Of a stretch of DNA of 64,000 nucleotides, positions 1-8,765 are shown one piece after another. Both the position numbers and the translations under genes were made by a program. Source of the stretch: an uncultured Actinomycetes bacterium (GTDB lineage Bacteria > Actinomycetota > Coriobacteriia > Anaerosomatales > CAVRZR01); the NCBI GenBank assembly GCA_963817255.1, contig CAWFNT010000003.1, forward strand, positions 66,126 through 130,125, written 5' to 3'. The first letter of the stretch is position 1. Each line of letters starts with the position of its first letter. Under the pieces are notes generated by a model. The model saw only the letters and a list, made by a program, of their open reading frames with translations. It ran no database searches and was not told the DNA's origin.

Positions 1-1
1 G

Positions 2-619
2 ATCGCCACCGAGGAGTACTTCGATCGCGCGATCGCGTTCGCCCACGAGCACGACATCCTGCTCGTTCACGACAACGCGTACTCCGAGATCGGCTACGAC
101 GGCTACGTGGCGCCGTCCATTCTCGAGCGCCCCGGGGCTCGAGACGTCGCCATCGAGCTGTTCAGCTGCTCGAAGGCGTACAACATGACCGGCTGGCGTG
201 TCGCGTTCGCATGCGGCAACTCCACCGCGATCAAGGCACTCGGTACGGTGAAGAGCAACATCGACTCGGGAGTGTTCACCGCCGTCCAGGACGCCGCCAT
301 CGAGGCCATGCTCGGCCCGCAGGATTCCATCCAGACCCTCTGTGCCCTCTACCAGCGCCGTCGCGACCTTGTGGTCGGCGCTCTGGGCAAGATCGGCATG
401 CACGCGGCCACACCGAAAGCGACGATCTACGTCTGGGCCGGGGTGCCCCAGGGTTACACTTCCGCGTCGTTCGCCGAGAAGATGCTCGAGGAGGCAAACG
501 TCATCGTCGCCGCCGGCACCGCCTACGGGCCGAGCGGCGAGGGCTTCGTCCGCATCTCGCTCACCACGCCCGACGACCGCCTCGAAGAGGCCGTTCGCCG
601 GATCGAAGCGACCCTGTAG
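2..619 (+). CDS. Class I/II PLP-dependent aminotransferase, C-terminal part (5' end outside the window)
   Basis: The frame is open from the window edge. The translation contains NAYSEIGYDGY and SCSKAYNMTGWRVAF, the Schiff-base lysine context typical of AspC/DapL-type aminotransferases. Stop at 617-619. Confidence 0.8.
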   Translation: MATEEYFDRAIAFAHEHDILLVHDNAYSEIGYDGYVAPSILERPGARDVAIELFSCSKAYNMTGWRVAFACGNSTAIKALGTVKSNIDSGVFTAVQDAAIEAMLGPQDSIQTLCALYQRRRDLVVGALGKIGMHAATPKATIYVWAGVPQGYTSASFAEKMLEEANVIVAAGTAYGPSGEGFVRISLTTPDDRLEEAVRRIEATL

Positions 620-643
620 CGCCGAGCGCCCTCGGTCATCGAT

Positions 644-1978
644 ATGAGTGGACGCTTTCAGCCCGAGGAAGTTGCCTCAAAGGTAGTCGAGCGAGCCGTT
701 CTGGTCGGAGTCGACCGTGGCCGACGCGACTGGCCCCTTGATGAGTCTCTAGCCGAACTCGAGCGTTTGTCAGACACGGCCGGCCTCGACGTCGCGGGCG
801 TCGTCACACAGCGCCTCGACAAGCCCCATCCGCGCACGTTCATCGGGTCCGGCAAGGCCGAAGAGGTCGCAGCGCTCGTCGGCGCCCAGCAGGGGAGCGT
901 TGTCGTCTTCGACGACGACCTTACCCCCTCCCAGCAGGCGAATCTCGAGACACTCCTGCCCGAAACCAAGGTCCTGGACCGAACCGCGCTCATCCTGGAC
1001 ATCTTCGCCCTCCATGCGACGAGCCGTGAAGGTAAACTCCAGGTCGAGCTTGCGCAACTGGAGTACGTGCTCCCGCGACTCAAGGGCATGTGGGGCCACT
1101 TGGAGGCGGAGCGTCTCGGCGGAGGCAGGGGAGCGCGATTCGGAGCAGGAGAGTCGCAGTTGGAGACCGACAGGCGGCTCACTCGGCGAAGGATCGCCGA
1201 GGTCAGGCGCGATCTCAAGGCCGTCTCCGCGGAACGCGACCTGCAGCGAAAGCGCCGCTCGCGGAGCGGCGTCTACCGCGTCTCGCTGGTGGGGTACACG
1301 AACGCGGGCAAGTCCACTCTGCTGAACAGGCTCACGGACGCCGGCGTGGTCGTCGCGGACATGCTCTTCGCCACCCTGGACTCCACCACGCGCCGCATGG
1401 ACCTGCCCGAGGGCAGAGAGATCACGCTCACCGATACGGTCGGGTTCATCAACAAGCTTCCGCACGGGCTCGTCGAGGCGTTCAAGTCCACGCTGGACGA
1501 GGTTCGCGAAGCCGACCTGCTGCTACAGGTCACCGATGCGTCGCACCCGCAACTCGACGCCCAGATGCAGGCGGTGCGCGAGGTCCTGGCCGAGATCGAT
1601 TCGGCCGGCAAGCCCTACGTCCTCGTGCTCAACAAGGCGGATCTGCTCTCGCCTGAGCAGCGCGCCGTTCTCGGCTCCCGGCATCCGCGCGCGGTGTTCG
1701 TCTCGGCGGCAACCGGCGAAGGCGTGGAAGCGCTCGTCACGCGCATCGCCGAGGAGGCGGCGCGCGACACCGTCAGCCTCACCGTGCTCGTGCCCTACGC
1801 AAGGGGTGACCTGGTGCGACTGGCCCACGAGCGCGGCCAGATCCTCTCGGAGCGGCACACCGAGTCGGGGACGCGACTCGTGGTCAGGATGCCCTCGGAG
1901 AGTGCGCACGAGCTGCAGCCGTTCTGCGAGGCAGGATCGGATGGGCCCGGGTCTGACGGGGGCGACCACGGAGAGTAG
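644..1978 (+). CDS. hflX: GTPase HflX
   Basis: 444-aa ORF with an HflX-type N-terminal domain and G-domain motifs GYTNAGKST (G1), DTVGF (G3) and NKAD (G4). Confidence 0.9.
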   Translation: MSGRFQPEEVASKVVERAVLVGVDRGRRDWPLDESLAELERLSDTAGLDVAGVVTQRLDKPHPRTFIGSGKAEEVAALVGAQQGSVVVFDDDLTPSQQANLETLLPETKVLDRTALILDIFALHATSREGKLQVELAQLEYVLPRLKGMWGHLEAERLGGGRGARFGAGESQLETDRRLTRRRIAEVRRDLKAVSAERDLQRKRRSRSGVYRVSLVGYTNAGKSTLLNRLTDAGVVVADMLFATLDSTTRRMDLPEGREITLTDTVGFINKLPHGLVEAFKSTLDEVREADLLLQVTDASHPQLDAQMQAVREVLAEIDSAGKPYVLVLNKADLLSPEQRAVLGSRHPRAVFVSAATGEGVEALVTRIAEEAARDTVSLTVLVPYARGDLVRLAHERGQILSERHTESGTRLVVRMPSESAHELQPFCEAGSDGPGSDGGDHGE

Positions 1979-2060
1979 TCCGTGGGAGCAGAGCCGACGT
2001 CTGCTCGGCTGACTTCGGTCCGGGTGACGCGTAGGTAGGCGAGTGGCGCGCGCGAATCGC

Positions 2061-2687
2061 CTAGAGACGGCGGAAGAGCGCCACGACCTTTCCGAGAACG
2101 GTCACATCGCGGGCGTAGATGGGATCCATCGCCGCGTTCTCGGGCTGCAGTCTGATGCGGTCGGCCTCGCGGTAGAAGGTCTTGACCGTCGCATCCTCGT
2201 CCCCGACGAGGGCGACGACGATGTCGCCGTTGCTGGCGGTGCTTTGCTGGCGAACCACAACGAAGTCGCCATCGAAGATGCCCGCCTCGATCATGCTTTC
2301 GCCCCGCACCCGCAGAACGAAGGCGGACTCGTCCGCGACTTCAGCCGGGAGGGGCATCGTCCCCTCGATGTTCTCCGACGCGAGCAGGGGAGAGCCGGCG
2401 GCGACGTGACCCACGAGCGGAAGAGCGCGGACCTGCCCGTAGTCTATAGCTCGCTCGCTATCCCGGTAGTCGAGCACCTCGAGGGCTCTCGGCTTGCTCG
2501 GATCGCGGCGGATGAACCCCTTCTTCTCCAGTGCGGCCAGATGTGAGTGCACCGTGGACGAACTCGAGAGTTCGACCGCCTCGCCGATCTCTCTGACCGA
2601 CGGCGGAAAGCCCTTGCGGTGGATCTCCGACCTGATGAAGTCGAGGATCTGCTGCTGCCGAGACGTCAGCTCACGCTTATAGGCCAT
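2061..2687 (-). CDS. lexA: LexA repressor (SOS regulator)
   Basis: I trimmed the 441-aa ORF to the ATG at 2687-2685 ([18 protein letters not shown]...). It has a wHTH domain, an Ala-Gly cleavage site (VAAGSP), catalytic Ser (GESM) and Lys (ATVKTF). SOS boxes lie upstream. Confidence 0.93.
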   Translation of the reverse strand: MAYKRELTSRQQQILDFIRSEIHRKGFPPSVREIGEAVELSSSSTVHSHLAALEKKGFIRRDPSKPRALEVLDYRDSERAIDYGQVRALPLVGHVAAGSPLLASENIEGTMPLPAEVADESAFVLRVRGESMIEAGIFDGDFVVVRQQSTASNGDIVVALVGDEDATVKTFYREADRIRLQPENAAMDPIYARDVTVLGKVVALFRRL

Positions 2688-2703
2688 CACGACCCCCTGG
2701 ATG

Positions 2704-2717
2704 CGAACGTATGTACG
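2704..2717. promoter_or_regulatory. SOS (LexA) box, one mismatch: cGAACgtatGTACg, in the lexA 5' leader
   Basis: GAAC-N4-GTAC lies 17 nt upstream of the lexA start and just downstream of the putative lexA -10. This matches the Gram-positive/actinobacterial GAAC-N4-GTTC consensus. Confidence 0.6.
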
Positions 2718-2722
2718 CCCCG

Positions 2723-2751
2723 AGTGTAGTCCAGCAGCGTAAGACGTGCAA
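2723..2751 (-). promoter_or_regulatory. Putative lexA promoter (-35 TTGCAC, 17-nt spacer, -10 TACACT on the minus strand)
   Basis: Read directly on the minus strand. The hexamers are 17 nt apart and are followed by the SOS box at 2704-2717. Confidence 0.45.
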
Positions 2752-2824
2752 ACACGCGTTCGGTTGGGCGTCGGAAGTACCTGCGCGGCGGTCTTGTTCG
2801 GATCGGCACGCGTGCCGCACCATA

Positions 2825-2853
2825 CTTGCAATCGAACGTATGTTCGGTATAGC
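2825..2853 (+). promoter_or_regulatory. Putative SOS-controlled promoter of the LysM gene (-35 CTTGCA, 17-nt spacer, -10 TATAGC)
   Basis: The spacer contains the SOS box at 2833-2846, and a second identical box follows at 2861-2874. Confidence 0.45.
2833..2846. promoter_or_regulatory. SOS (LexA) box cGAACgtatGTTCg
   Basis: Perfect GAAC-N4-GTTC palindrome in the lexA/LysM divergent intergenic region. Confidence 0.75.
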
Positions 2854-2860
2854 ATCATCT

Positions 2861-2874
2861 CGAACGTATGTTCG
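2861..2874. promoter_or_regulatory. SOS (LexA) box cGAACgtatGTTCg (second identical copy)
   Basis: Identical 14-mer located 28 nt from the first copy. Confidence 0.75.
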
Positions 2875-2967
2875 TATCGCCCGGACCGGACTCCGGAAGA
2901 CGTGTCACACCCGGGCGATAGGGTGCACGCAGTCGCAGCAGATCGAGGAAGAAGGAGTGACCCAATC

Positions 2968-3390
2968 GTGACAACGTTCGCAGTACTCCCGGCCACCACA
3001 ACCGGCCTCGCGCCACGGGGCTCTCGCCAGACCGCCGCAACCGAGGGTGCGGCGGACCCGCCCAGCGCGGGTCCCGCGACCCCGAGGCCGCGAGGGTTGA
3101 GCGGCCCGGAGCGGGCGGGCCTGGTCTTCCTCGCCGTCGCGCTGGCGATCTGTGCCCTCGCCTCACGTCCGCGCACTCCCGACGTGGTCCGCACAGCGAG
3201 CGTGCGGGTGTGTGCCGGAGACACTCTGTGGGGTATCGCACAAGCGAACCAGGTCGCCGGTCTGACAACAGCGCAGACCGCCCAGCTCATCGCGACGCTC
3301 AACGGCCTGGGCTCATCGTCGCTCGCACCGGGTCGCACCTTGCAGGTCCCTGCGCCTGCAGCGATACCGGCGCAGGTTGCCTTCAAATAG
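2968..3390 (+). CDS. Membrane-anchored LysM-domain protein divergent from lexA (YneA/ChiZ-like candidate SOS cell-division inhibitor)
   Basis: GTG at 2968 is preceded by GAAGGAG (2951-2957). The protein is Pro/Ala-rich at the N-terminus, has one TM segment ([14 protein letters not shown]), then a LysM-like segment [34 protein letters not shown]...GRTLQVP. Confidence 0.7.
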   Translation: MTTFAVLPATTTGLAPRGSRQTAATEGAADPPSAGPATPRPRGLSGPERAGLVFLAVALAICALASRPRTPDVVRTASVRVCAGDTLWGIAQANQVAGLTTAQTAQLIATLNGLGSSSLAPGRTLQVPAPAAIPAQVAFK

Positions 3391-3409
3391 AACGCCGACT
3401 GCCGTTGTT

Positions 3410-3456
3410 GCCCTATATCTTGTGTGCTAGTGTGCAGAGCGGGCTAGATATAGGGG
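3410..3456. promoter_or_regulatory. Two NrdR-box-like elements (gccctatatcttgtgt, gggctagatatagggg), about 31 bp centre to centre, directly upstream of nrdR
   Basis: By my count the first element matches the remembered consensus acaCwAtATaTwGtgt at 13/16 positions and the second at 10/16. The outer 10-mers ccctatatct and agatataggg are perfect inverted repeats. Confidence 0.4.
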
Positions 3457-3462
3457 TGGTTC

Positions 3463-3909
3463 ATGCGTTGCCCGTTCTGCGGTCACGACGAAACGAAGGT
3501 CGTCGATTCGCGCGTCTCCGAGTCACAGGACGCGATACGTCGGCGACGCGAGTGCCTGTCGTGTCAGCAGCGCTTCACAACCTACGAGCGCCGCGAGGAA
3601 ATGCCGCTCATGGTCGTCAAGCGGGACGGGACGGCGGAGCCCTTCGATCGCGCGAAGCTGCTGCGGGGATTGATCGTTGCGACGGCAAAGCGCAATGTGG
3701 CGATCGAGCAGCTCGAGGCACTCATCGACGACATCGAGGGCGAACTTCACAACGCGTTCCGCTATGAGGTCTCTTCCAGGCAACTCGGCGACATGGTGCT
3801 CGCTCGACTCAAGGACCTCGACAAGGTCGCCTACGTCCGATTCGCGTCCGTATACAAGTCGTTCCAGGATCTCGATGAGTTCACTTCGGAACTCAAAGGT
3901 CTCAGCTAG
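3463..3909 (+). CDS. nrdR: Transcriptional repressor NrdR
   Basis: 148 aa with an N-terminal zinc ribbon (CPFCG...CLSCQ) followed by an ATP-cone. [17 protein letters not shown] is the typical NrdR start. Confidence 0.93.
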   Translation: MRCPFCGHDETKVVDSRVSESQDAIRRRRECLSCQQRFTTYERREEMPLMVVKRDGTAEPFDRAKLLRGLIVATAKRNVAIEQLEALIDDIEGELHNAFRYEVSSRQLGDMVLARLKDLDKVAYVRFASVYKSFQDLDEFTSELKGLS

Positions 3910-3911
3910 AC

Positions 3912-4367
3912 GTGATGTCAGCCGACCCACTCCGGATCACGCTGCCGATCAAGAGGATCGACCCTCAGCTTCCCCTTCCCACCTACGCACACGAAGGCGA
4001 CGCGGGCCTTGACCTTCGTTCGGCTGAGGACGTGAGCCTCCCGCCGCTCGGCAGGGCGCTCGTGAGCACTGGCGTCGCCATCGCCGTACCGGCGGGCTAC
4101 GCGGGATTCGTCCAGCCGCGTAGCGGGCTCGCACTCACGCAGGGCTTGAGCCTCGCGAACACCCCCGGGCTCATCGACAGCCACTATCGCGGCGAGGTCA
4201 AGGTCGTCCTCGTGAACCTCGATGCGGCGACGCCGATCGACATCCGACGAGGCGACAAGATCGCTCAACTCGTCGTCCAACCGGTTGCCGAGTGCACGCT
4301 GTCCGAAGTCACCGCACTAGACGTGACCGGCCGAGGGGAGGGCGGCTTTGGCAGCACCGGCATCTGA
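3912..4367 (+). CDS. dut: dUTP diphosphatase
   Basis: 151 aa with dUTPase motifs [20 protein letters not shown] and a C-terminal GFGSTG. Confidence 0.92.
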   Translation: MMSADPLRITLPIKRIDPQLPLPTYAHEGDAGLDLRSAEDVSLPPLGRALVSTGVAIAVPAGYAGFVQPRSGLALTQGLSLANTPGLIDSHYRGEVKVVLVNLDAATPIDIRRGDKIAQLVVQPVAECTLSEVTALDVTGRGEGGFGSTGI

Positions 4368-4866
4368 GGTGCCGCGCGTGCGCGTCGCGGCCCTGATGTG
4401 CGTCGATGGCCGCATCGTGTGCGTTCGTCACAGAGCCGGCTCGAGGACCTACCACTTGCTCCCCGGCGGGGGCGTGATGTATCGCGAGACCATCCGACAC
4501 GCTCTCGAGCGCGAAGTTCGCGAAGAGACCGGCCTCGAGATCGCGATCGGCGATCCGCTCTTCATAAGCGACACGATCGATCCGAACGGCTCGCGGCACG
4601 TCGTGAACCTCACCTTCGGCGCCGAGGTGACGGGCGGCAGCATCACGTCGAGTCCTGATGACCACCGGGTCGAGGCCGTCGACCTCATCGAACCCGCCGA
4701 CCTGCCGTCGCTCGATCTGCGTCCGCCGCTCGCCCCGCATATCCTCCGCGTCCTGCAGGACCCGACGGCGCCGAGAGCCGCATACCTCGGACCGCTCTTC
4801 ACCGGAGCATCGACCACGTCGGCCGTAGAGCCAACCGGCCGCCGCCAGCAGAAGGGTGACGCGTGA
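4348..4866 (+). CDS. NUDIX hydrolase
   Basis: Nudix box [24 protein letters not shown]. The start is uncertain; in-frame GTGs at 4369 and 4378 would avoid the overlap with dut. Confidence 0.8.
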   Translation: MAAPASEVPRVRVAALMCVDGRIVCVRHRAGSRTYHLLPGGGVMYRETIRHALEREVREETGLEIAIGDPLFISDTIDPNGSRHVVNLTFGAEVTGGSITSSPDDHRVEAVDLIEPADLPSLDLRPPLAPHILRVLQDPTAPRAAYLGPLFTGASTTSAVEPTGRRQQKGDA

Positions 4867-5006
4867 GCAGCCTTCCCGGGTTCACAGATCGAGGAACGAA
4901 TCTGGGCGCCGAGATGCTCGCCGGCGTCACGACGTTCGAGACATCACCGGCCGTCGACGCCGAGGTTCAGGCGCCGGCCGCGAAGGAGGCGACCGCCGAG
5001 GCTTAG
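4863..5006 (+). pseudogene. 47-codon remnant resembling the N-terminus of an NCS2/AzgA-type purine permease
   Basis: GTG overlaps the NUDIX stop (GTGA). FTDRGTNLGAEMLAGVTTF resembles the conserved permease N-terminus (..GTtvrtEilAGlTTFltmaY) but then runs into unrelated sequence and a stop. Not in the ORF track because it is under 60 aa. Confidence 0.35.
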
Positions 5007-5086
5007 ACACCAGCGGTCGCAGCTGCTAACAGCACACGTCGTACTCGGTCTGTCAGCAGTCACCGTACACGCCTCGGTCGCATAGA

Positions 5087-5122
5087 CGGCCCCGGGCTGC
5101 GCCAATGCGCGGTCCGGGGCCG
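5087..5122. terminator. Strong GC hairpin between convergent genes (possible bidirectional terminator, no T tract)
   Basis: cggccccgg ... ccggggccg outer stem with an inner ctgcgc/gcgcgg stem and a caat loop. Confidence 0.35.
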
Positions 5123-5330
5123 CTTCACGCAGGGGTGCAGGGCGGGCCGTCTTGCACGCTTCCACCACCGATCCCTGCGCACCGCAAATGTCCGATAATG
5201 TATCTTATGTCATTTAGAGGTGATGGCGCCCTCATCCCCCCAACAAGGGCCACCGGCCGCGAGCACCCGACACTGCAAGCGCCCGTTTGCCGGCAGTGTG
5301 AACGGCGCAGGCGATTCCGACAGCAAGGAC

Positions 5331-5690
5331 TCAGCAGTCCGGCGGTGCTCCGGGCAGACCGTCGATCTCGTGGTCGGCGTCCGGTGCGGGTCCACTCAGG
5401 TACTCGGCGTCGAACTCGCGTCGCGTCATTCCATCGAGATCCCGCCGCGACTCTGCCAGCGCCTCCTCGGCAGCATCGCGCTCGCAAAAGGCCGCGATGG
5501 AGGTGACTGCCTCGTCTTCGTCCAGTGAGACCGCCTGAAGCACCCAGACATCCGACTCCTGCGCGGCGTCGGGAGGTCCCTCACGCCACAACACGTCGTC
5601 GCGCCAGTCGAACTCGAGGTCGCCGTCGACGTCGATGTGGGTGAGACGCAGGCGATAGAAGTCCGCCGCAGGACCGATGGTTCTTCCCAT
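5331..5690 (-). CDS. Hypothetical acidic protein
   Basis: Trimmed to the ATG at 5690 (MGRTIGPAADFY...), 7 nt after the upstream stop. It has strong GC3 codon bias. I recognise no domain. Confidence 0.55.
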   Translation of the reverse strand: MGRTIGPAADFYRLRLTHIDVDGDLEFDWRDDVLWREGPPDAAQESDVWVLQAVSLDEDEAVTSIAAFCERDAAEEALAESRRDLDGMTRREFDAEYLSGPAPDADHEIDGLPGAPPDC

Positions 5691-5697
5691 GGATGCG

Positions 5698-6117
5698 CTA
5701 CTTCTGCAGGTCAGTGTACGTCGGACTTGAGGTGATGTAGCCGACGATCTGGTTGCTGTCCCGCACCTTGTACCAGTCACCCTCGGTGGCAAGCAGCGTC
5801 AGTTTCTCGCCTTTGGACAGTCCCCGCCTGGCTCGGGACTGACCGTTCGGCTCGGCTCGGAAGTTCAGACCGTCCACTGCAACGACAAGCACTTGCACTT
5901 TGGGCTGGTCCGCGGACGTTCCCTTAGCGGGTGTCTTGTTCACTGACTTCGAGGACTCGTCGGAGGTGGGAGTGGATTGTGGCGTCTCACTGGCAGACGC
6001 TTTGTCCACGCTCGACGCTGCCTGCCGATAGTCACCGACCCAGTTGAGCACGAGAGCGAAGACGACGATGACCGCCACAACGCCGGCCAAGCCCCTGATG
6101 ATCTTGCCTGTGTTCAT
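5698..6117 (-). CDS. Membrane-anchored SH3b-domain protein
   Basis: N-terminal TM (LAGVVAVIVVFALVL), a Ser/Thr/Pro linker, and a C-terminal SH3_3-like segment (GLNFRAEPNGQS...LSKGEKLTLLATEGDWYKVRD..GYI). Confidence 0.65.
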   Translation of the reverse strand: MNTGKIIRGLAGVVAVIVVFALVLNWVGDYRQAASSVDKASASETPQSTPTSDESSKSVNKTPAKGTSADQPKVQVLVVAVDGLNFRAEPNGQSRARRGLSKGEKLTLLATEGDWYKVRDSNQIVGYITSSPTYTDLQK

Positions 6118-6659
6118 CAGACGTAGAGTCCCTTTACATCCACATCCTGCTCGTCTATGTCGTACTCGGCGATCAGAGGTCCTACGTGCTCATCGGCGTA
6201 TGAGAACGCTCGATCCACGCGGTTCAAGTCCGCAGACACCAGCGCCTCGAGGCTCTCATCACCGATACTACCCTCTCCTGCCCTCTCTGCCTCCTCGGCG
6301 AGGATGTCGCTCGCGTCGGCAAGCGCTTCAGCCGCACCAACGAATCGCTGCGGCATGGGCGCGGTGTTGAGCTCCTCGGCCAGAGCACGGGCGCGACCCG
6401 AGAGATCGGCCAGGGAGTGCCTCTCTATCGCCTCCGGATCGTCGGCGAACATCGCCCTCCGCTCGTGCGTGCCCTGCTGGAGACCCCCCACAAGCTCGTC
6501 GAACGCGCGCTTGAGTGCCTTGGCCTCTTCCCGGCTGCCCGCGAGTCGTCGCAGGTAACGAGCCTGAGCGCGCCTCAATACGGCGAAAACGGCGACGGCC
6601 ACCGCCGCGATCGCGACGGTGGTGAGCACCGCGATCAGGATCCAGGCCCAAACTGGCAT
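6117..6659 (-). CDS. Hypothetical single-pass membrane protein
   Basis: N-terminal TM (WAWILIAVLTTVAIAAVAVAVFAVL) followed by a helical acidic domain. Its stop overlaps the next start. Confidence 0.55.
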   Translation of the reverse strand: MPVWAWILIAVLTTVAIAAVAVAVFAVLRRAQARYLRRLAGSREEAKALKRAFDELVGGLQQGTHERRAMFADDPEAIERHSLADLSGRARALAEELNTAPMPQRFVGAAEALADASDILAEEAERAGEGSIGDESLEALVSADLNRVDRAFSYADEHVGPLIAEYDIDEQDVDVKGLYV

Positions 6660-6701
6660 TCGTTTCCAGTGTCCTTTCAGTGACTCGCGCAGCGCCCACT
6701 C

Positions 6702-8019
6702 TTAGACGCCCGACCCGTCCGTGCGCAAATCCAATACCCGCTTTGATTTCCCTGCAGTGCGCTCTATGGTCCCGGGTTCCACGAGCGTGATCTTCGCTCG
6801 GAGCCCGAGAACCGACTGCAGCCGGTCGGCGACGTTTCGCTGGAACGCCACCATGTCGGCCATGATATCGGAAAAGACCGCATCCTCGACTTCGAGGCGC
6901 ACCTCGAGGTCGTCGAGGCCCTTCTTTCGCTCCACCACGATGAGGTAGTGCGGACGCACGCCTTCGATCTTGAAGAGCACGTCCTCGACCTGGCTTGGGA
7001 AGACGTTCACCCCGCGGATGATGAGCATGTCGTCCGTTCGCTGACGCACCGTCTCCATGCGCGCCATCGTTCTGCCGCACTCGCAGCGGTCGGTGTTCAC
7101 GCGTGTGAGGTCGTGCGTCCTGAACCGCAGGACGGGGAACGCCTCCTTGGTGAGCGTCGTGAGCACGAGCTCCCCCACCTCGCCCGGTCCGACCGGCTCG
7201 CCGGTCTGCGGATCCAGGACTTCCCACAGGAGGTGGTCTTCGGCAAGATGAAGCCCGCACGCGCACTCGCATTCCCCCGACACGCCCGGACCCATGACCT
7301 CGGACAAGCCGTAGTTGTCGGTCGCGCGTATTCCCAGACGATCCTCTATCTCGCGCTTGGCGGCAGTCGAGGTCGGCTCGCCGCCGAAGAGCCCCAGCCG
7401 AAGCGGCAGCTCACGGATGTCGACGCCCATGGAATCGGCGATCTCGGCAAGGTAGAGAGCGTACGACGGCGTCGACACGAACACCGTGCTGCCAAAATCT
7501 TGCATCATCATGATGTGCCGCTCGGTGTTGCCGCTACCTGCAGGAATGACCGTGGCGCCGATACGCTCGATGCCGTAGTGCATGCCCCACCCGCCGGTGA
7601 ACATGCCGTAGAGGAACGCCATCTGCGCGAGATCGCCGCGGTGCACGCCCGCTGCAGATGCGACGCGGCCGGTGCACTCCGTCCATGTGTTGATGTCACC
7701 GCGCGTGTAGCCGACGACGATGGGCTTGCCCGTCGTTCCGGACGAGGAGTGCACTCTGCACGACCTCGTCCAGCGGCACGGCGAACATGCCGAACGGATA
7801 GGTGTCGCGAAGCGCCGACTTGTCGGTGAACGGGAGCTTGCGGACATCCTCCAGTGTACGCACGTCACGAGGGCGCACTCCCCGCTCCTCGAGCTGGGTC
7901 CGGTAGTACGGCACCCGCTCCCAGACCCAGGAGATGGTCATCTGCACTCTTCGCAGCTGCAAGTCGTGAAGCGCGCTGCGGTCCATGCATTCGTACTCGG
8001 GGTTCCAGATCGGGCTCAT
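6702..8019 (-). pseudogene. paaK: Phenylacetate-CoA ligase family (PaaK-like) gene with an apparent +1 frameshift near 7758
   Basis: The N-terminal part (ORF 7696-8040, MSPIWNPEYE...FAVPLDEVV) continues in another frame (RVHSSSGTTGKPIVVGYTRGD..., ORF 6702-7868). The reading is GTC GTG [C] AGA GTG CAC. The protein is collinear with the intact paralog at 32137-33444. Confidence 0.85.
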
Positions 8020-8765
8020 GCGGTGTCCTCCCCACGCCACGTGCCGAGGTAGATCATCCTGACGTCATCGTTCTCAAGGAGCTCAGCAGCGGGACCCTCC
8101 GTCGCGATCCGCCCCGTGCGCATGACGTAGCCCCGATCGGCATGCTTGAGGGCAAGGCGCGCGTCCTGCTCGACGAGCAGAATGGTCACCCCCTGCTGTC
8201 TGAGCGCGTCCAAGACCCCGAAGATCTCGGCGATGACGCGCGGAGCAAGGCCAAGCGAGGGCTCATCGAGGAGCAGCAACCGCGGTCTGGACATCAAAGC
8301 GCGGCCGACCGCGAGCATCTGCTGCTCGCCTCCCGACAGCGTCTCGGCGGTCTGGTTCGCGCGCTCGCCGAGGACCGGGAAGAGCGTCACGACGCGCTCC
8401 ATGCCCTCAGCCACCGCCGCCCGCCGCTCGCGGGCCGGTAAGGCGTACGCGCCCAGCTCAAGGTTCTCTCTGACGCTCATCGGGCCGAACAGGAGCCGGC
8501 CCTCGGGCACGAGCGCGATCCCGTCCCGCACGAGACGCTCGGGACGGGCGTTTCCTACCTCGTGGCCCTCGTAGAGCACCGTGCCCTTCGTCGGATGAAC
8601 GAGACCGACGATCGTCTTGAGGAGCGTCGACTTGCCGGCCCCGTTCGAGCCGATGATCGTCACAAGCTCGCCCGCCCTCACGGAGACGTCGATGCCTCGC
8701 AAGACCGAGACGTGCCCGTATCCCGAATGGATGCCCTCGAGGCTGAGCATCGGTGTGTCAGACAT
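8016..8765 (-). CDS. livF: Branched-chain-amino-acid-type ABC transporter, ATP-binding protein (LivF family)
   Basis: Walker A GSNGAGKST, signature LSGGEQQ, Walker B LLLLDEP. Confidence 0.85.
   Translation of the reverse strand: MSDTPMLSLEGIHSGYGHVSVLRGIDVSVRAGELVTIIGSNGAGKSTLLKTIVGLVHPTKGTVLYEGHEVGNARPERLVRDGIALVPEGRLLFGPMSVRENLELGAYALPARERRAAVAEGMERVVTLFPVLGERANQTAETLSGGEQQMLAVGRALMSRPRLLLLDEPSLGLAPRVIAEIFGVLDALRQQGVTILLVEQDARLALKHADRGYVMRTGRIATEGPAAELLENDDVRMIYLGTWRGEDTA

Noticed and set aside
2688-3386. N-terminal extension of the lexA ORF (441 aa)
   Set aside because: LexA is complete from the ATG at 2687. The extension covers the SOS-box promoter region and the opposite-strand LysM gene.
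5220-5528. Plus-strand 102-aa ORF preceded by AGAGGTG, downstream of an AT-rich patch
   Set aside because: It overlaps the minus-strand ORF 5331-5690, which has much better codon bias and is coupled to the upstream SH3b gene. The plus-strand translation is Gly/Ser/Arg/Cys-rich with no features. A short antisense transcript or peptide cannot be excluded.
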